Position numbers and translations under genes: made by a program | Shown: positions 43,536 through 58,100 of the stretch, one piece after another | Layout: each line of letters starts with the position of its first letter | Numbering within the stretch: position 1 is the stretch's first letter | Notes under the pieces: model-generated | Database searches by the model: none | The model's input: only the letters and a program-made list of their open reading frames with translations | What the model was told of the DNA's origin: nothing | DNA from: Trichoplax sp. H2 | Lineage: Eukaryota | DNA length: 64,000 nucleotides | Reading direction: 5' to 3' | NCBI GenBank assembly: GCA_003344405.1 | Contig: NOWV01000102.1 | Span: 62,001-126,000 of the forward strand

Positions 43536-44564
43536 ACTTTATGCAATTCTACAGTAGTGCAAATTGTCCAATTTATGTAAAACACCTTCCATTAATTATA
43601 TATTACTACCTGCATTTTACCTTCTCCTGCACTGATTGCCATCCCTAGATTGCACCCATTGGGATTTCTGCTGCCATGACAGTGCAGCCTGCGCAGCAGT
43701 CTCTAGGTGGGCGTGGAGTATTGTACAGTGTACAGTGTACAGTACATGGATCACGCTAATCTTACTGCTGTACTGTACACTGTACACTGCCGTTTTTTGA
43801 CTAGTGACATTTGTTTTGCTTCCAATTGATTTTATACCGAGGCTATACGCCCAATTCATCAGCTCAACGACTGGTATTAATCAATTCCTAACCGCATTGC
43901 ATACAACTTACCTCTTGCCAAGCGTTGACAAAAGTAATGTCAGCAGCCCGCGTCTATACTGTACAGTGTATAGTGTACAGTGTACAGTGTACAGTACGTA
44001 CAGTACTGTAACCACAGCATTGGTGCATAGCAATATCATAGCTGATCGTAGACAGTTGCAAATCCTTGCAATATTGATCAACTCTAAATCAATCTTGTGC
44101 TTGTCTTTTGCTTTTTCAATCCTTGACTGTGTAAATGGTCATTACAAATCTTAGTATTAACCCTTAGTGGATGATGAAGTGAAAGCTCTACGTTACAGTG
44201 ACAGAAAAATAGGAAAGAAAGGAACTTATTGATGATGGGATATTGCTAAAATTAGTAACAGCAATCTTGATGCGACAGCGTCCAAGATCCAAGTAGTAAG
44301 TAGGTGCATTATCAACGCGATTGCCTGGATAACAATATGGTCTTTAGTGTCATCCATTGTAAATGGAAGGCTGTCCAACTTTCATGATCCATTTTACTTC
44401 AAGTTAAGGTATTCATGGGCTTCCATTGGTATTAATAATCATTCGATCGATCCAATTCAATCCAATTGATATCAATTCGTGGGCAGAGAATTGATGACTT
44501 TGTAATCGTCTGTACTACTGTACTTCCAAAGTGGGTTTGACATTAGTCTTTAGCTGCATACAAA

Positions 44565-45731
44565 ATGTCCATCAAAAGAATCTTATTACTTTTCCAAGCA
44601 AGTAATTTTTTCGTTCTTTTATGCCTAACAAGTTACATCTATTATACCTCCAAGAGATCAACAACTCAATCTGTTCAAGAATATCAAAATTTACAAAATC
44701 TAAGGCATAACAATATCACTATTATATTACTTTGGACAGGCTGGTTTTATGGTGACTGGCCTGTACCTCTTGGTGGTCATCAATGTGACAGTCTTAGTAA
44801 ACATTGCTATTTTACTATCGAAAGTAAGTACTATTCAACTGCTGATGCTGTTGTATTCCACGGCTCTGATTTGTATAGAATGGAGGATGCTGCTTTACCC
44901 AATCAAACCAGTAAACCACGACATCAACGCTGGGTATATTACACGATGGAAAATCCACCCATTAGTGCCTATCTAGGTGTACAAGCCAAGGAAAGGGATG
45001 AAAATAAATTTGATTGGATTATGAGCTATGCTAAAGATGCCGATGTTTATGTACCTTACGGGCAGATTATCAAAGGTCGTTATGGCAATGGTTACGATTC
45101 TAATATCAATTACGCCCAAGGTAGACCCAAGATGGTAGCCATGGTCGCAAGTCGTTGTTATCCATCTCGTATGAAAATGGTGGCAGCATTGCAACATTAT
45201 GTCGACGTTGATGTCTATGGTGAATGTGGAACAAAATGTTCACGCAATCGACAATGTTGGAATCATCTCAAACAAAATTACAAGTTCTACCTAAGCTTTG
45301 AAAACGAAGTATGCAAAGATTATATTACGGAAAAGTTGTACAATAATGCATTTGCAAATTATCTGATACCTATTGTCATCAGTGGTGCTAATTATTCCGA
45401 TATCAAGGTTGTTCCACCGCATTCTGTCATCGATGCTTTACAATTTAAAAATGTTGAAGAATTAGCACGTTACATTAAAATTGTAGCCGAAGATAATAAA
45501 TTATATAATTCATACTTTCAATGGAGAAATCGTTACGACATCAAATTTATAAGAATGAGAGACACTTTGTGTACGCTATGCAAGAAAATTTCGACCAAAC
45601 CACTACGAAAGCCTTCTCGCCCTTATAGCAATTTACGCTACATATTAGGTAACCACGATGGCAATTGTAAAAAATTTCCGGAACCTTCTAGATTAAATGC
45701 CGTAAAGCCTAACTTTACATATTTCCAGTAA
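44565..45731 (+). CDS. Alpha-(1,3)-fucosyltransferase, glycosyltransferase family 10, single coding exon, 388 aa
   Basis: Type II N-terminal TM segment; IILLWT, ADAVVFHG, QRWVYYTMENP, MSY..DADVYVPYG, VDVYGECG, and the GT10 signature YKFYLSFENEVCKDYITEKLY; YNSYFQWR. Confidence 0.96.
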   Translation: MSIKRILLLFQASNFFVLLCLTSYIYYTSKRSTTQSVQEYQNLQNLRHNNITIILLWTGWFYGDWPVPLGGHQCDSLSKHCYFTIESKYYSTADAVVFHGSDLYRMEDAALPNQTSKPRHQRWVYYTMENPPISAYLGVQAKERDENKFDWIMSYAKDADVYVPYGQIIKGRYGNGYDSNINYAQGRPKMVAMVASRCYPSRMKMVAALQHYVDVDVYGECGTKCSRNRQCWNHLKQNYKFYLSFENEVCKDYITEKLYNNAFANYLIPIVISGANYSDIKVVPPHSVIDALQFKNVEELARYIKIVAEDNKLYNSYFQWRNRYDIKFIRMRDTLCTLCKKISTKPLRKPSRPYSNLRYILGNHDGNCKKFPEPSRLNAVKPNFTYFQ

Positions 45732-47949
45732 ACCATTTGTCCTGTATTACTGTCCAATGTGAGAACATAAAGATTGAAAGTATCGCATTTGACTCGATAT
45801 GCTCATTGGTATCATGGTCTGCATCGCTGGCAAATACTATAATATAATTGAACCAAGGAATTGATTGAAAATTACAGTAGATGCTAACGGTTGCTTGCCT
45901 TTATCAACGTACATAATATGTCAACAGTGTCACTCTGATTAGCTGAATTTCTGTATTTCGAATCCTTACATACATTACTTAATCAATGAAATTTTAGACA
46001 ATTATTTTGCATATTTTTATAATACGTATCTTCACATTTATTAGTACGCGAAGTGTATGATTTGGTGGATAAATTATGAATTAATCAGATATACATAGGA
46101 GATTTTGTCAAGAGCTTTGAGCATGATTACAAAAGTTTTATTAAAGTATGTGCAGATAGCCTACTATATTTGATGGCCAGTGTTAACTCGAATCTTCATG
46201 CTATGGTTTTGTATATTTTTCTTATGCACAGAGTACTTTTTCGATAGTAGTTATGCCGAAAGAAATTTTAGTATAAATGCTTACTATACTGTTGTAGCTA
46301 ATATCTTTTAGATATCATCCGAGCGTGATATATTTTACGGTGTCGAGTTATGGATTTGCTATTTATGCAAGTCGATTAAAATTGTTTCAGTATATTTATC
46401 AGCAACTTGAAGCCTCTCTTTTAAGCCTAATTTAAGTCTGTATACGCCTACGTATATTGCAAATAAAGTCCAAATGGTTACAAATAGTCTTCAATAAGCT
46501 GTCAACTTCTCGAAAGCCTGCTTAAAAAGTTATAGAATTGCAATATCTACTATTTACAGCCCGATCTCGATATTTTCTTAGTTTTATGTTTTGCCCAGGC
46601 ATTGATAGAACTGAAATACTGTTTCACCAGCATTTAAGCATCCTTTATTGCGTGACGTAATAGCGTCGGTTATGATATCCTGGAAAAATTTTTTATGCAG
46701 TATGTTATATGTTGTTTTTAGTGCAAAGACTAAATTATCTCTTGAATAGAGTCGGCACCTCGATCTTATTTTAATTTAGGAGCTTGAACGACGATATTCA
46801 ATAAGCAAAAGCTGAAATAATTACACAATAATTGACTAAAGCTATAGCTGTTCGCTTATTTTATTCATAAATTACGCTTTTAAAATGAAGTAGTCCATTT
46901 TACATGTTCATTCAATAAACCCACTGTTAATATGCATATAAAATTTGCTGTATACGGTAGATGAAATATACAGTTTGTACTCTAATCTAGGCTAATACAA
47001 CTGTACTTAGTTACTCAAGAGACACGAATCAATAACGACGTCAATACTAGAAATATTGAAAAATTACATTTTAATGACAATTAAAATTGCTCTAACAATA
47101 AATTTTGTACTTGTATTTTCTCGCTATTGGGATAAAAAAATCGATTGATGTGAGTGATATGGCTTACTTTAACGCAAGCGAAGCCTAAAATTTCACTTTG
47201 ACATACATTACCAGATATAGCACGGGAAAGATCTAGATATTGACCTAGAAATACCCATTGAATAAAGCTATTAAAATTTAATTTAATATGCCGGTATGTA
47301 ACTTAACGTAACTTCTTATAATGTGTTAAACCTCATTTATGCGTATATCGAGTTTACAACGATCTAATCTCGATGTTAATTCTAGCGATATATCAACAAT
47401 GTCAAAGGTAAATAATTTCATATGCTAATGCCTATTGCCACTTCCACTAAGCACTGACTAATGGATAAAGATTCTTTAATTTCTATAATTTCCATGAAAT
47501 CAAATTATCACTCAAAAAGTTGTTATACGTGATATTAAACTTTCTGTTTGAATACAAAGACTTCATTATATTAAATTTTTTTCCCTCTATCATCAAATGT
47601 AAATTATTACTGAACCATAGTCCGCAGTTAAATTTCTGCACAGTTCTCTTTAAGGTCAATAAACACTGGATTTTCTGCTATTTACGGCTGTTATTTAGCT
47701 ATACCGTAGTAGTTTATTATACTACAGTTTTAAGTATAGCTTCCTATGTGATATAGGTTATCTATTACCACGATAAATTGCCTATTTTTTCAGTCAGTTA
47801 TATACTATTAAACGGAAATGGAAAATACTCATTCCACTTACAAACGGCCTTCACTAGCGGATCTCTTACAAGTTTGACGTATCTAGTATCACCATATGAA
47901 TTAAGATATTTTTCTAGTCGCTAATTTTTGAATGTTAAATTAAGAAATT

Positions 47950-48155
47950 GTAGCCAAAGATTTATTTTTTTGCCGTTTGTATGATAAATATTCCGAAGTC
48001 TTTCTTAAACATTAAAGTTACCAAAGATTTATTTTATTACCGTTCTTATGATAAATACTCTGACTCTTTCTTGAAATTAAAGTAGCCAAAGATTCGTTTT
48101 ATTACCCTTTATATGATCAATACTGTGGACTCTTTCTTGAAAATTGAAGTTGCCA
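47950..48155. repeat. ~66-bp tandem repeat, 3 copies
   Basis: GT(A/T)(G/A)CCAAAGATT...TATGAT.AATA.T...TCTTTCTT.AA occurs three times. Confidence 0.8.
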
Positions 48156-51100
48156 TAACAGCGTAACTGCATTTTCAAGCTTAAAAATCGATTACAGCAC
48201 CTTCAGCTAGTTTGATTGATGAAGAACATTTTCATTGATCTTTGCTTCAAATAGAAGAACAGCACGAGTCAAAATGATCGACTGATATCACGTAGCCTTT
48301 GGAAGCACAACATTATTTTGCAATAATCTGTACTAAAAGCAAGCTGGTTTATCATCTAGTAAAGAAATTATTTGAAATCAAATATATCTTGCTCAAGGCT
48401 GAGTTTTACTACCAGAACTTCTATTGCTGCATTGGTAAAATTTCAGCTCTCCTTATCATTATATTTAGAAATGAAGCCGATTCAGTAGTTAGTTGCAAGA
48501 ACGTCGTTATCTAAAGATATTTGTATTTTTAGCGAGTATTACAAGAATTAAATAACTTACTGTATAAGATCAAACCTAAATCCTCCTTATTTCTTCTTAA
48601 TCGGAGCTTATCTACTTTCCTATTGCGTACAATTTTTAAACATTCTAAGATAAAACGTGCAGTCAATCAAATGCTATCTTTAGTTTTTACTAGTTTGCCT
48701 TTGGAGTAAGTTTTCAATTTTAATTTTTTTCCCCCTTGATTAGCTGACATGGCACGCAGAAGATGTATACTAGTGTATCTTTTCTGTTTTTCATATCAAA
48801 ATAATAGCTATTGCTAAGATTGATAAATCAATCATCGCGTCATCTCCATCAGCAATAATTTAGATCCAATTTAGGTTGTTTATAGCTTCTAGATATTAAA
48901 GTTAGAGTAATTTTAGCTCATTGCTGTCTTAGTCTTTTACTTATTCTTCATGCATCATCTATTTTCGGCATCTAAGCTAATATTGAAAGCTGTGAATTGA
49001 TATCTTCGCATAAGAGGAATAAAATCCTTACGATAAGCACTATTGATTAATATATATAGTCAATCTTTGCAACTACTTTGACATTCATTTTCTGGCAAAG
49101 CATCCCCTTTACAAACAAATTTGGCTTTAGCAATTGTAATTATTCAATTAAGCAAATCTATAGTATACTTACAGGTAAACGAAAACACTTACTGTGCAAT
49201 AGCGACAAAATAAATCCTCCTTACATCTCCTATGAGGAAAAGAAGTACATTATTAATGACACACTAGCAGATAACACAATTTCTTAGAAAAAATTTTCAT
49301 TTGTAATTAAAATAACAAATATTCTATCACGAATTCGCACTAAGTCTACTGAAAATTTATCCCTTTAGATTGTGATCGAGCTGAAAGCTGTTATACCTAT
49401 ATTATTTTTACTTATAAAGAAATGTTATTTCGAACTGAATAAAAATCATGGCTATTGTAAGCGCAGTTGACGATCATACACATTTCTGTGTACTGCCATG
49501 TATAATTACCGTTGCAACAGTTATAACTTATCTGTCAGTAAGAGATTTTGACATCAATCAAAATCGACAATATAGACATAGACTATGATGGCGACTTTAT
49601 AAATTGCAAAGATGTTTCTTCTAGAGGCATTTGAAATTTTTTATTTAACTTGATATCCTTACAGACAATGCGTTAAATAAAAGTGAAATTGCATTATTGT
49701 CAGCAATTACAACTCGAGCATTATTTTCCACAATTCTATCGCGATTTAAGCATAACAATTTAGTCCAGACAATGCAATTTCAGAAATCAGTTGGCGTCTG
49801 AAATCTGCGCTTCTAAAGTCACAACCTTTATTCATGAGAAAACAGAAGCGACATCATTCAAATGTTGATAAATTTATGACGCATGAAATATTGATGAAGA
49901 TAATTGCAGTTTATTTTCGATAGTATTAGTAATCAATTCCTTAGGTTACAATTAAAGAACGATTTGTAGCTCATGTTTTCATTTTGAGATTATTATGAAT
50001 TTTCAAAAGTCGTTTACTGATAATTTTGATCTAGTATCAATTTAGCACCATACTATGTAAAATAATTAAAATCGCCTGACTTTTCGATTATTGCTGCTTT
50101 AATATAACACTGGCCTTAACCAATGGAGGAGTATTCACAGCTATGACGGCAATAATGATTGGAAAAACAAATCTGCTATTTATCTTAAATTTTAATACAG
50201 CGAAATAATAACTATATTGTAATTTATGTGAAAGATGTAAACTAAGCTATCCTTTTCATTGGAAGTAAGATTTTAGCTAAAAAATTAGATATAACAATTG
50301 TATTCAATAAATGATACATATCAAGAAAATTTCTCTTTATTATTTAATCCTTCCATCTATTTACAATTTTAGTTATTAAAGTTGACTGGTAAGAGTCGTG
50401 ACACTACGTCATCAAGATTAAAGTTCATACTAACAAAATATATTTATCTCTAATAATTATGGGATAGAAATGATAATCATCAGTAATTAGTAATATAATT
50501 GATGAGCGAAAATATAAAGATATGATAGTGGAGCAAAGTTAATAAATGATGTCAAATAATAAATAATGAATCAACATTTTAATTAAAATTGAGGTGTACG
50601 CGTATTTCAGTATTTTTCAACAAGCCATCTATAATGACAGGAAAATGTCTGCTCAATTTATATTTAAGAAATGATCTTGGCATTATGACATGAATGTCTA
50701 ATGGGTTAAAATCTAAGTCATGCTTATTATTCACATTACTCATTTCTTACTTCATCCCATCGGCATTTAGGTAAATAGAAAATATTGTTACAATTAATAT
50801 TAATTAAAAAGCTTTTAAATCTGTAAGTTATGTTATCATTCTTATCGAAATATGAAATATTGAGTAAGCAATTACCTAAAGAAATAGCTTATAATGGTAT
50901 TGAAAGTAGAAGATATACGTGAGTTCAATAATTGCTAATGGATACATCATGTTTATTTATAAACTCCGACATAGTCTCTTCTTCTGCATAGTGCCCTACA
51001 GCATGTTGTTTCTCTACAAGATATTTAACAAATCAGTTTCCTCAGTCATTCTGTAGACTCGAAAATTCCAGTCAAGTTGATGTAGAAGTACAAACATTTT

Positions 51101-52178
51101 TAATGCATATCATTATGCACAATAAACTTTGATGATTTTGTACATAATATGGCATCATAAGTCAAAGGCAGCTAATCCATATTATTATATTAATAAAGGA
51201 TGTTAATTTGGCTAGATCAAATGTTAATTTCAATGCTTGCACAATCAGATGATATTTACTACGATAGATTAGGGTACGATGATCTTGTAAGCCAAGCTAA
51301 ATACAGATATGTATTGAATTTATTAAACTCACCGTATCGTAAAATAGGATAATCAAATAGATTGAAGTTGATTTCATGCTAATACGTTGAACTTGATTGA
51401 AAATCAGTTAGTAAGTTGGTGTAAATGGCACGGCAGAGATGAAAAAAGATAATGAAAACAAGCTCTAAAAACAATATGATGATAGATCTAACCAATTATC
51501 ATCGATGAATAACAATTAAATTGTCTTTCAAGCAGAATTATTTAGCAGTTGTTGAAGAAGAATTAATCACGTGTTCCTAACTGATGTAAAAATAATTGAA
51601 TTGCAGTTTTGTTTATCCATGTTTTTATGTTAATGTTAGTCCACCGATTATATCAGACACTTATTTTAATGTTCTATGCTCCAGCTTAATCAGTAAAAGC
51701 ATTAATACGTCTATTCAAAAAATGGATGAATTAGCAGAAAGACTTTATTGTCAGCCTCGTGATGAAATCGTTTCCATAAATGAATATTAATAACGGACCT
51801 AGTGAGTAACAGTGGATAACAAAAGCATAGCATTAATATGGATGGAGAGTTGATTGTCCAACGATTTGATACGCACATAAAAAGGCTTGTAATTAATATT
51901 ATCTCAGTAGAAAGTTACCTAGATAGTCTGTATGTATTGAATTATAGTACTAATGAATAGACGCGATCATCCGCGCAGACTTATAGACTCTTCTACGCCA
52001 CTGACTCCAACTTTTATACAGGTATATAAGTCAACAAGTCAATAACAAATCTCAGTAATCGCTAATCTGGGATACAGAATAAACTACCTCTGTCTCCAAA
52101 AGTAATTTAGTAGTTCAAAGTAGTGCAATAGATTAATTCCATGGATAAAAGAGGATTGAAAACATCTTGAACGGCAAT

Positions 52179-55100
52179 ATGAGGAATTTTATTCTACCAA
52201 TATTTCTCTTATCACTCGCTTTCATATGGAATAATTTAGGTGAGGATGAATAGTTAATTAATTCCTAATTTTATGTATAGAATAGGTCTAAACGAGTTCT
52301 TAGGATAGCATAAATATTCAAATTCATCATGGCGGAATTGTATTTTAGAAGATATAACTTTAACTTGACCAATCCATTTCATTAACTGCTATCGTGACAT
52401 AAGTATAAAATTAGCATCGCCATAACTCTTTTTTTTTGTATATTCAATCCAAATCTTCTACGTGACAGTCTAGTACATCAATTTTTCATCAATAGTACAA
52501 AGTTAATGCATGATAAAATGGTTCTTACAATAGGAATAATGAATGTAACCTTTAAAAGAATCACTGCGTTGACGACCAGATGGGTCGCACTTAAATTCTC
52601 CCATGATATGATCTTGCTAAACAACTATTGCATTGTAACAGTATCAACATCTGTACTATGATCCTAGCTTTAGATTTACTAAATCATGAAAAGAAAGGTT
52701 TGTTAGTAACTAAAGTTTTCTATTAACAACTCATAATAAGTTACAGACTGTACCTGTCGGTTAAGATAGTAAAAAATTACGATTAAAAGTTTTTTAGTTA
52801 CCTCCAATATTAGCGACACTTAATGGAGTTTAATTAATCCAAACTATCCTGTATTAAACGAGATTATTATCGTTTCGAATAGTCATTCTATCAATCTTGA
52901 TAGCCAATAATGCGCGGTATAGAGCTTTATCAGACCGTTAATCGTGATGTTTTTTCTATCTCATTTAATTACGATGATCGGCAACAAGTTGGCTATTGAT
53001 ACGAAATTTAAAATTTACATCAATTTACTCTAATTTTTTAAGCCATCTTTCGATACGTATAACATCCCATTTTTATCATTTACAACTTAATCCTTCATGT
53101 AAAGGAAATAAAATATTGATCAATTTTATTACTTAGGCTATTTGTCCAATTCAGACAACAGTCCACTTTGATAATTAATCGGTAAAGGATGTACATTTAC
53201 TTTTTTATTTAGAAATAACGCTATGATTATGTCGTAGTTCTATCCTAAATATTGACCATGGTAAAAAGAGAATAGTTGTTAATTAATAAACTAGGGTGTA
53301 TAGAAAAATAGTATCGATCTTTTGAGATTAACGTTAAATAGCATTTCATAGACTATTGATAGTTTGAAATGTAGCAATATTTAATGTTCAGCTATATGGC
53401 AGAAACGATAATTTAGTCATTTTATTTAAACAGATCTGTTAGCAATAATAGAATTGGTAATAAGGTAGTAACTTATATATTTAATAGCTATCCCGACCAT
53501 ATATTGCTAAAAGAGTACTCCATTAAACATTTTACTCAGATTGTTCCTCCAAATGACACTCTTCCTCCCAAAATTATATAGACGTTTTTATAATTTCAAA
53601 ATTGCCTTCATATGATGAGTGATTGGTTTCTACACCACACTTATTTGTATAAAAGGGAACAATTTAATAATTAACACACGCACTTGTCTATTTTTTGTCA
53701 AGGCATTAAGTTCAAAGTAATTCGTCTTTTACATTATTTCTGTGGACGCTCATTTTTATTCATATAATGCGGAAAGCTTCCTCGTGTATAGGATGCTTTT
53801 AAAAACAAATAAGAAAAAACATGCTGCGCATCATATTCCTCGTAATATAGATTTTAAAGCCGATTAAAATAAAGCAAATAGTACTGAAAAGGGTATTTAT
53901 TAAAAGCTGTTAAAGAAAAGCCAGTAATAGTTATGAGGAAACTAAATTCGTATCAACTGTTTTCCGAAGAAACAGAATTTGAATAAATTGGCATCATCAA
54001 AACGATGTAGGAAAATCGAATAGACATTTCCGAAAAGTCGTTCTAAGAAAACACATAACAGTCATTTTTTCATCTTAATTTATTAATTATGAACAGGCTT
54101 ATCGGATGATGACTTTAATCCCTTCTATCGGTTTATGCTGAAACAAATACAAGGAAATTATTTGATGTGTGTTTGAAAGAAATTCAATGCCGACCTATGG
54201 CGCTGAAAATTTTGAAAACACAACAAAATATAATAAATCTTGATGTATGCTATAATTCGAATCTGTATACCTATACTTCTAACGCCTTCTACCGCATCTT
54301 TATTTTCCATCGCATTTCTATGGCCATGCTTAAAAGATCATATTCAATTATTAGTTTAATAATAACATTTCAGTATCATCACATTTATTTAATGCCACCG
54401 CATTTCGGATGATCTAAAGCTTTCCAGAACGTTTTTGTTTTACTGTCTAATTATGACTAAGAGCACCTGTACTGGTAATGGTGGTTGTAGTAAAGTGAGA
54501 GCAAATTAGAGTAAGTGTAATAGTTTTTATAGGCGTAGAACGGATACAAGGAGTATGTACATCATTGAAGTAATTAAGGGCAATGTCGAATCTATCTTTT
54601 ATAGTGATTAGAAATGTTAATTTGTACTGTATATATCAGATAACATCAAAGAAAACTAATATTATACTTTAAGATAAGACAATCTAAATAATAAACAGGC
54701 TAAATTATTCATCATTATTGTTTGCCAAATACGGTGTGGCTTTGATGAAATTTAATTAACAGAAAATTTGTATTGTTCAATCTTATTTATTAACTCCGAA
54801 TAACTTGAAAACATTTACCGACATGCAGCAACTATCCAAGCTAATGAGCGCAGGATAGACAGCGTGTTTTCAGATGATCCCATGTATCCTTGCATATTAC
54901 CCTTCAGTTTCGAACAAAATAGATTTTCCCTGTTTTCAACATTATCTTTTCAATCCTAATCCTTTCAATGATGCAATTTCGCCACTGCTATAACATTCGA
55001 TCAATATTAGCTTGAATTTAGCAACGCATAGTGATAAAATTGAAATATTCGTATCCGAAATATGGAAATATACATATGAATACTCTATATTAATATTTTT

Positions 55101-58100
55101 TATTAATAAATTATGTTGTGAAGCAAATTGGTGTTAATTAACTAATCTAGGAAAAATCAAATAATAGCTTTTAGAATTCTAAGAATTCCCAAATTTCCTG
55201 CAGATGAAGTGATTAAAAATAATTCTAGGTTACCTCTCCATTTTCCCATCATGCTAAAAAATTTTAGAGCATTAATTAATTAATTAATTAATTAATAGTT
55301 ATTACGTAGAATTTATCCGAAATAATCATGAATATAAATTTGAATGCATAGTTTGGCCTTTGCTTATGTGTTTAAAGATGCCAAAATTATTTAAGATCTA
55401 TAAAAAATCGAGGACAAAAACTTTGTTTAGAATATTAACTAAATTATCCATTAAATTTTTATATTTTAAACTCTAATCCAAGGAAGTACATTATAAAAAT
55501 CTTTTTCAAACAATATTGAAAATCACCTGAGATCTATAAAAAATAAATAAAAAATAACAGATTTATGATAGGAATTAAATAAAGATATTTATAATTTAAT
55601 TGCTTACGTATCCGCTTCATGCACATTGATTAATTACAATCAATAAATGAAATCAATTTCCATTATAAACTTGATTCAAAAGCTATTACATTAAATTTAC
55701 CTCATTGAATTGGTACCATGTTGGTATCTCTACTATTATCCATGCTAGTAAATGAATTACTAGGTTAAATGACAGCAATTAATCACTAACAGCTACATTT
55801 ATGGTTACTAATTTGAAAAATTTCTGCCTGCAGCTTCAGCCGGATACCTGATTTATACTAATCCCAGTGAAATTCGTATCGTTGACACAAATGGGAAAGG
55901 TGATCGATTGCTAATTTCAGGATTACATTACGCAGTTGCCATTGATTACCACCTCAAGAAGAAAGCTGTCTATTGGACAGACTCCAAAACCGGCCGTATA
56001 AGCCACTTTAATTACAAGGACATGTCAGCTTTGAAAAATAATGCCCATTATACTGCGTTAGAGGCTAAAGTTGTGCCTAACCTCCAATTTGATTCGCTGG
56101 CTGGAATAGCTGTTGATTGGATCAACGATAAACTTTATTTTATCGACGATGATAACCACCGAATTTATGTTAGTAATCTAGATGGAACAAATGCGAAAGC
56201 CTTATTCACTGAAGGGATTGCCTATCCAAGAGCTATTGCCGTCGATCCTCTTCAAGGGTAAGGAATATTAATGATAAAACAACTTTGATTGGAAAGGCAG
56301 CTATCGAGCAATGTAGTGTTTGGGAATTTTGATATACTGGCCCAAAGAGAGTATACAAACTTCTTGAACATTTGTTAAGATTGAGTGTTTCAATTGTTGG
56401 GCACATTCAACTGTTTTATTTTATTTCATGAAACACCTCGATGTATAATCTTGTGATTGTTTTTATACCTGTCCTATACTTCATTAAGTATTATCTTTAT
56501 TGGTATAGGTATATTTATTGGACTGAGTGGGGCGATAAGAATAAAATCGTTCGCGCAGCCATGGACGGTTCAGCAAAGCAAATTATTCGAAGTGACAATA
56601 TGTACTGGCCCAATGGTTTGTCCATCGATTATTTAACTGAAAAGCTTTTCTTCACCGATGGCTATACCAAAGCAATCTATCGTTTAGATTTGAATGGTAG
56701 TAATTTTGTGAGCATAAAATCGAACTTACAACATCCACATGACATCACTGTTCATGGTAAACGATTATTTTGGACGGATTGGGAAGCATTTGCAATACAA
56801 TCATGCCATAAAACGAGTGGTAAAGAAGGTCGTAAAATTATAACTGGTAATAAGACTCCCTTGGGAATTAAAAGTCTAGCGCCGAAGCATCAACCCAGAG
56901 GTTCATATCGAGCTTAACTTATAGAACGCTCTCTCATTGAAGTTTGCATACAGTAGTGCTATTTAGATTTCATTTTGGTATAGTTTCCTTCTTTTGCAGT
57001 AAAATTGTATCTATGATTTCAAATTATGCATAGATTACTCTCTATTTGAAATTTACATACAGTAGTACTATTTTGATTCGATTTTTATATCGATCTTATT
57101 CATTTCCATTTACTTTCCTTCTTTTGCAGTAAATTTGATGTCTCCTCTTATAATTTCAAATTATGCTAACATTAGTTATCTATTTTCAAAAATAGCCCAT
57201 AATCCATGTGGCCATAACAACGGAAACTGTAGCCATTTATGCTTAATATCCCCATCTCAAGGAAATAATAGCCAATCGACAGGTTATACGTGTGCTTGTC
57301 CAACTGGTGTCAGCTTTAAATCGGGAAAAGTTTGTCATTCAGGTAAATTGACTGCATCTCTGCTGTTGGCCCAATAGAATATCATTCAAAATGCTTTATT
57401 ATACTGTATTATATGATGTATTATCGCTTTTTAAAAAAGAAAGTAAATTACTTTAATATTGACAGAGCCATCTCATCCAGCAATACTATCCATTCTTTTG
57501 ATAACTTGTGCAAATTGAGTAGGTTTCTACATCTTGAAAAAGCTGGCAATATTCCAACTTGATGCGAGCTCTATTTACTTAATATTTACACCGCCCATTA
57601 TATTCTTGTACCCTAAAATAGTAAAGCAATTACTGATTAAACAATCCGATCCCTATCTTACTTCATAACATTTTCACATTACCTTTGCTCGAAATGCCAC
57701 TCCTCTATTTATCTCTGATTATAACTAATTTAAATGCATTCAAAATAAGTCATTGAATTTGTATTTTTAGAATTTTAAAATTAAGACCACTGTGACTGTG
57801 GTAATAATTAAAAAAAAAACCATTCATTCTGCTTTCTTATGGATTGCGTAGGTCCAATTAACTTTTTACTGATTACAAGGCGCAGTGATTTACGCTGGAT
57901 GTCGTTGGATGCACCACAATTTATCGATGTTAGAATCAATATTCAAGATATCAAGCATGCTTTCGACGTAACTTACGATCCAGTCGATCATTATATTTAT
58001 TGGGCTGACAACATCATTCAGGCCATACTACGAGCAAAATTAGATGGTAGTGGAGCATCAGTTATTATACCAAATATTCAGTCACCGGAAGGACTAGCTA

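Noticed and set aside
42380..43585. Several repetitive ORFs on both strands
   Set aside because: Products of the 140-bp tandem repeat, with frame changes between units and no domain signal.
50694..50770. Alternative signal-peptide-like first exon for LRP (MSNGLKSKSCLLFTLLISYFIPSAF)
   Set aside because: Its donor is phase 2, incompatible with the phase-1 acceptor at 55834; the 52179 exon fits.
51100..55000. About six TCF/LEF-like CTTTG(A/T)(A/T) sites around LRP exon 1 (Wnt feedback)
   Set aside because: The number is close to chance expectation at this AT content.
55270..55296. (TTAA)n microsatellite
   Set aside because: Ordinary simple repeat in an AT-rich intron.
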